A stretch of DNA of 64,000 bases from Camelus dromedarius (taxonomy: Eukaryota). Below are positions 62,921 to 64,000 of this stretch, in pieces; position 1 is the first letter of the stretch; the number at the start of each line of letters is the position of its first letter. The translations under genes and the position numbers were made by a program. The DNA lies in the NCBI RefSeq assembly GCF_036321535.1, contig NC_087437.1:50036001-50100000 (forward strand). Direction: 5' to 3'. The notes beneath the pieces are model-generated. The model was not told where the DNA came from. It did no database searches and saw only the letters and a list, made by a program, of their open reading frames with translations.

Positions 62921-63519
62921 AGATCTCTCATTAATACCTTCTACATGGGAATCACTGTTCCCCTTCACATTAAAAGCCCATCTCAAGGTGAGACAAATAT
63001 ATGAAGCACACCAGAAATAAGAAAGTAATCCAAAACACTTAGCCAAATAGCATCCAAATTATCTTCCAAAAATACCTTGTTCAGTCAAAAACAAAAAAAA
63101 ACTTCCATACATCCTACCCTACTCCTCTGCATGATCCCACCCCAAGCCACTATTATGGGACTCAGCCATATGAACAGTCCTCTCTGCTGGCATGGTAGTT
63201 ACCCACACGTTCAGAATCAGTTGCTAGGGATCATCACAAGGTTACCTCCTGTCCTAGCTGACAAATGCAACCCACCCACCAGTACCCTCAGGCCCAGTCT
63301 GGCCCAATTCACCCTCACCTCTGTACCATTGCTTACATGGTCCCTCCACCTACTTCACCTTAGGGCTGTCTCTTCTTCGCAGGTTTCACTTTGTGCTTTT
63401 CACTCCTTCAGTAGCTCCCTATTTCATTTGGCATCAAGCTTAAACTGCACATGGATTTCCAGATCCTTCTTTACTTCTTCAGCCTCAATTTCCATCTTGG
63501 CCCTCCATCCAACACCCAA

Positions 63520-63925
63520 CCTCCAGCTGTTTTGAACTACTGAAATTTCTCAAAACTTCCCATATTCAGCTTCACCTCCAGGTCTTCAAGGGTTCTCTTT
63601 TTTCTGGGATATTCTTTTTCTTTCTCCCTGAACCCCTTCCTTCAGATGCCCCATAGCTAATTCCTATTTGGCCTTAAGTTCTCAGCTTACATGGGAGCCT
63701 TTCCTGACTAGGGAAGATTTGGTTAGTGAGTACACATGTCTCCATGGCATTCCAGTTCTCACCCTTATCAGAATTTTTATCAAATATTATTGCAGTAGGC
63801 TATGTGCTTATTTGTCCTACTCCAAATAAACAATTCCTTAACAGCAGGGGCTGGGTTATGATCATACTCTCTGGCCCAAGAATGGAGCCTTTCACATATG
63901 AAGTCCTCAGAAAATATCTGTCAAA
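63520..63925 (+). mobile_element. L2 fragment
   Basis: ctaattcctatttggccttaagttctcagctta...agcagggg...atagaagtcctc-like end gaagtcctcagaaaatatctg. Confidence 0.6.
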
Positions 63926-64000
63926 CAAATTTCTTTTATATCTATCAGAGTACTTTTTATATAATCATCGTCAGTTCCAACATAAAACAGGTAGATGGAT

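Larger units (their letters stand above)
1..64000 (-). other. SOX6: 5' intronic / alternative-first-exon region of a large minus-strand gene, most likely SOX6; no internal coding exon in the window
   Basis: The minus-strand exon encoding MLKPLLMRGRK-CA|GTAAGT fits a recalled SOX6 N-terminal extension. Further minus-strand donors occur at 12369, 12943 and 55130. Most L1/LTR insertions with recognisable 3' ends are on + (antisense bias). Identity is from recall, not a database search. Confidence 0.7.

Noticed and set aside
63077..63535. 152-aa plus-strand ORF
   Set aside because: Non-ATG start, low-complexity S/L/P composition from pyrimidine-rich, partly L2-like sequence, and no recognisable family.
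1..64000. CRISPR arrays, operons, defence systems or known intronic miRNAs
   Set aside because: The sequence is mammalian intronic DNA; I saw no regularly spaced repeats, long ORFs or recognisable mature miRNA sequences.

Overview
AT-rich mammalian genomic DNA, most likely from a camelid: two tRNA-derived Vic-1-like SINEs and young L1 copies have camelid-type ends. It has no prokaryotic features, CRISPR arrays or rRNA/tRNA genes, and no complete protein-coding gene. Nearly all ORF-track entries are chance ORFs or decayed L1/ERVL pieces. The window best fits the 5' alternative-first-exon and intron region of SOX6 on the minus strand. A minus-strand exon at 49378-49412 encodes MLKPLLMRGRK(Q) and ends in a strong ACA|GTAAGT donor. 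From memory, this matches the 13-aa N-terminal extension of the long SOX6 isoform when spliced to the common exon beginning AAGA-ATG. Other candidate non-coding 5' exons lie at ~12.4, ~12.9 and ~55.1 kb, and the common ATG exon would lie left of position 1. The gene call rests on recall, not a search. The rest is interspersed repeats (L1, L2, MIR, ERVL plus LTR, MLT1/MLT2, hAT DNA transposons) and repeat-free, motif-dense, enhancer-like blocks. I found no convincing new biological system. The best leads are a possible in-frame cassette exon extending the SOX6 N-terminus, a SOX/FOX/OCT motif cluster at that promoter, and an unexplained 60-bp dispersed duplication. Repeat subfamily names and edges are by eye and approximate.
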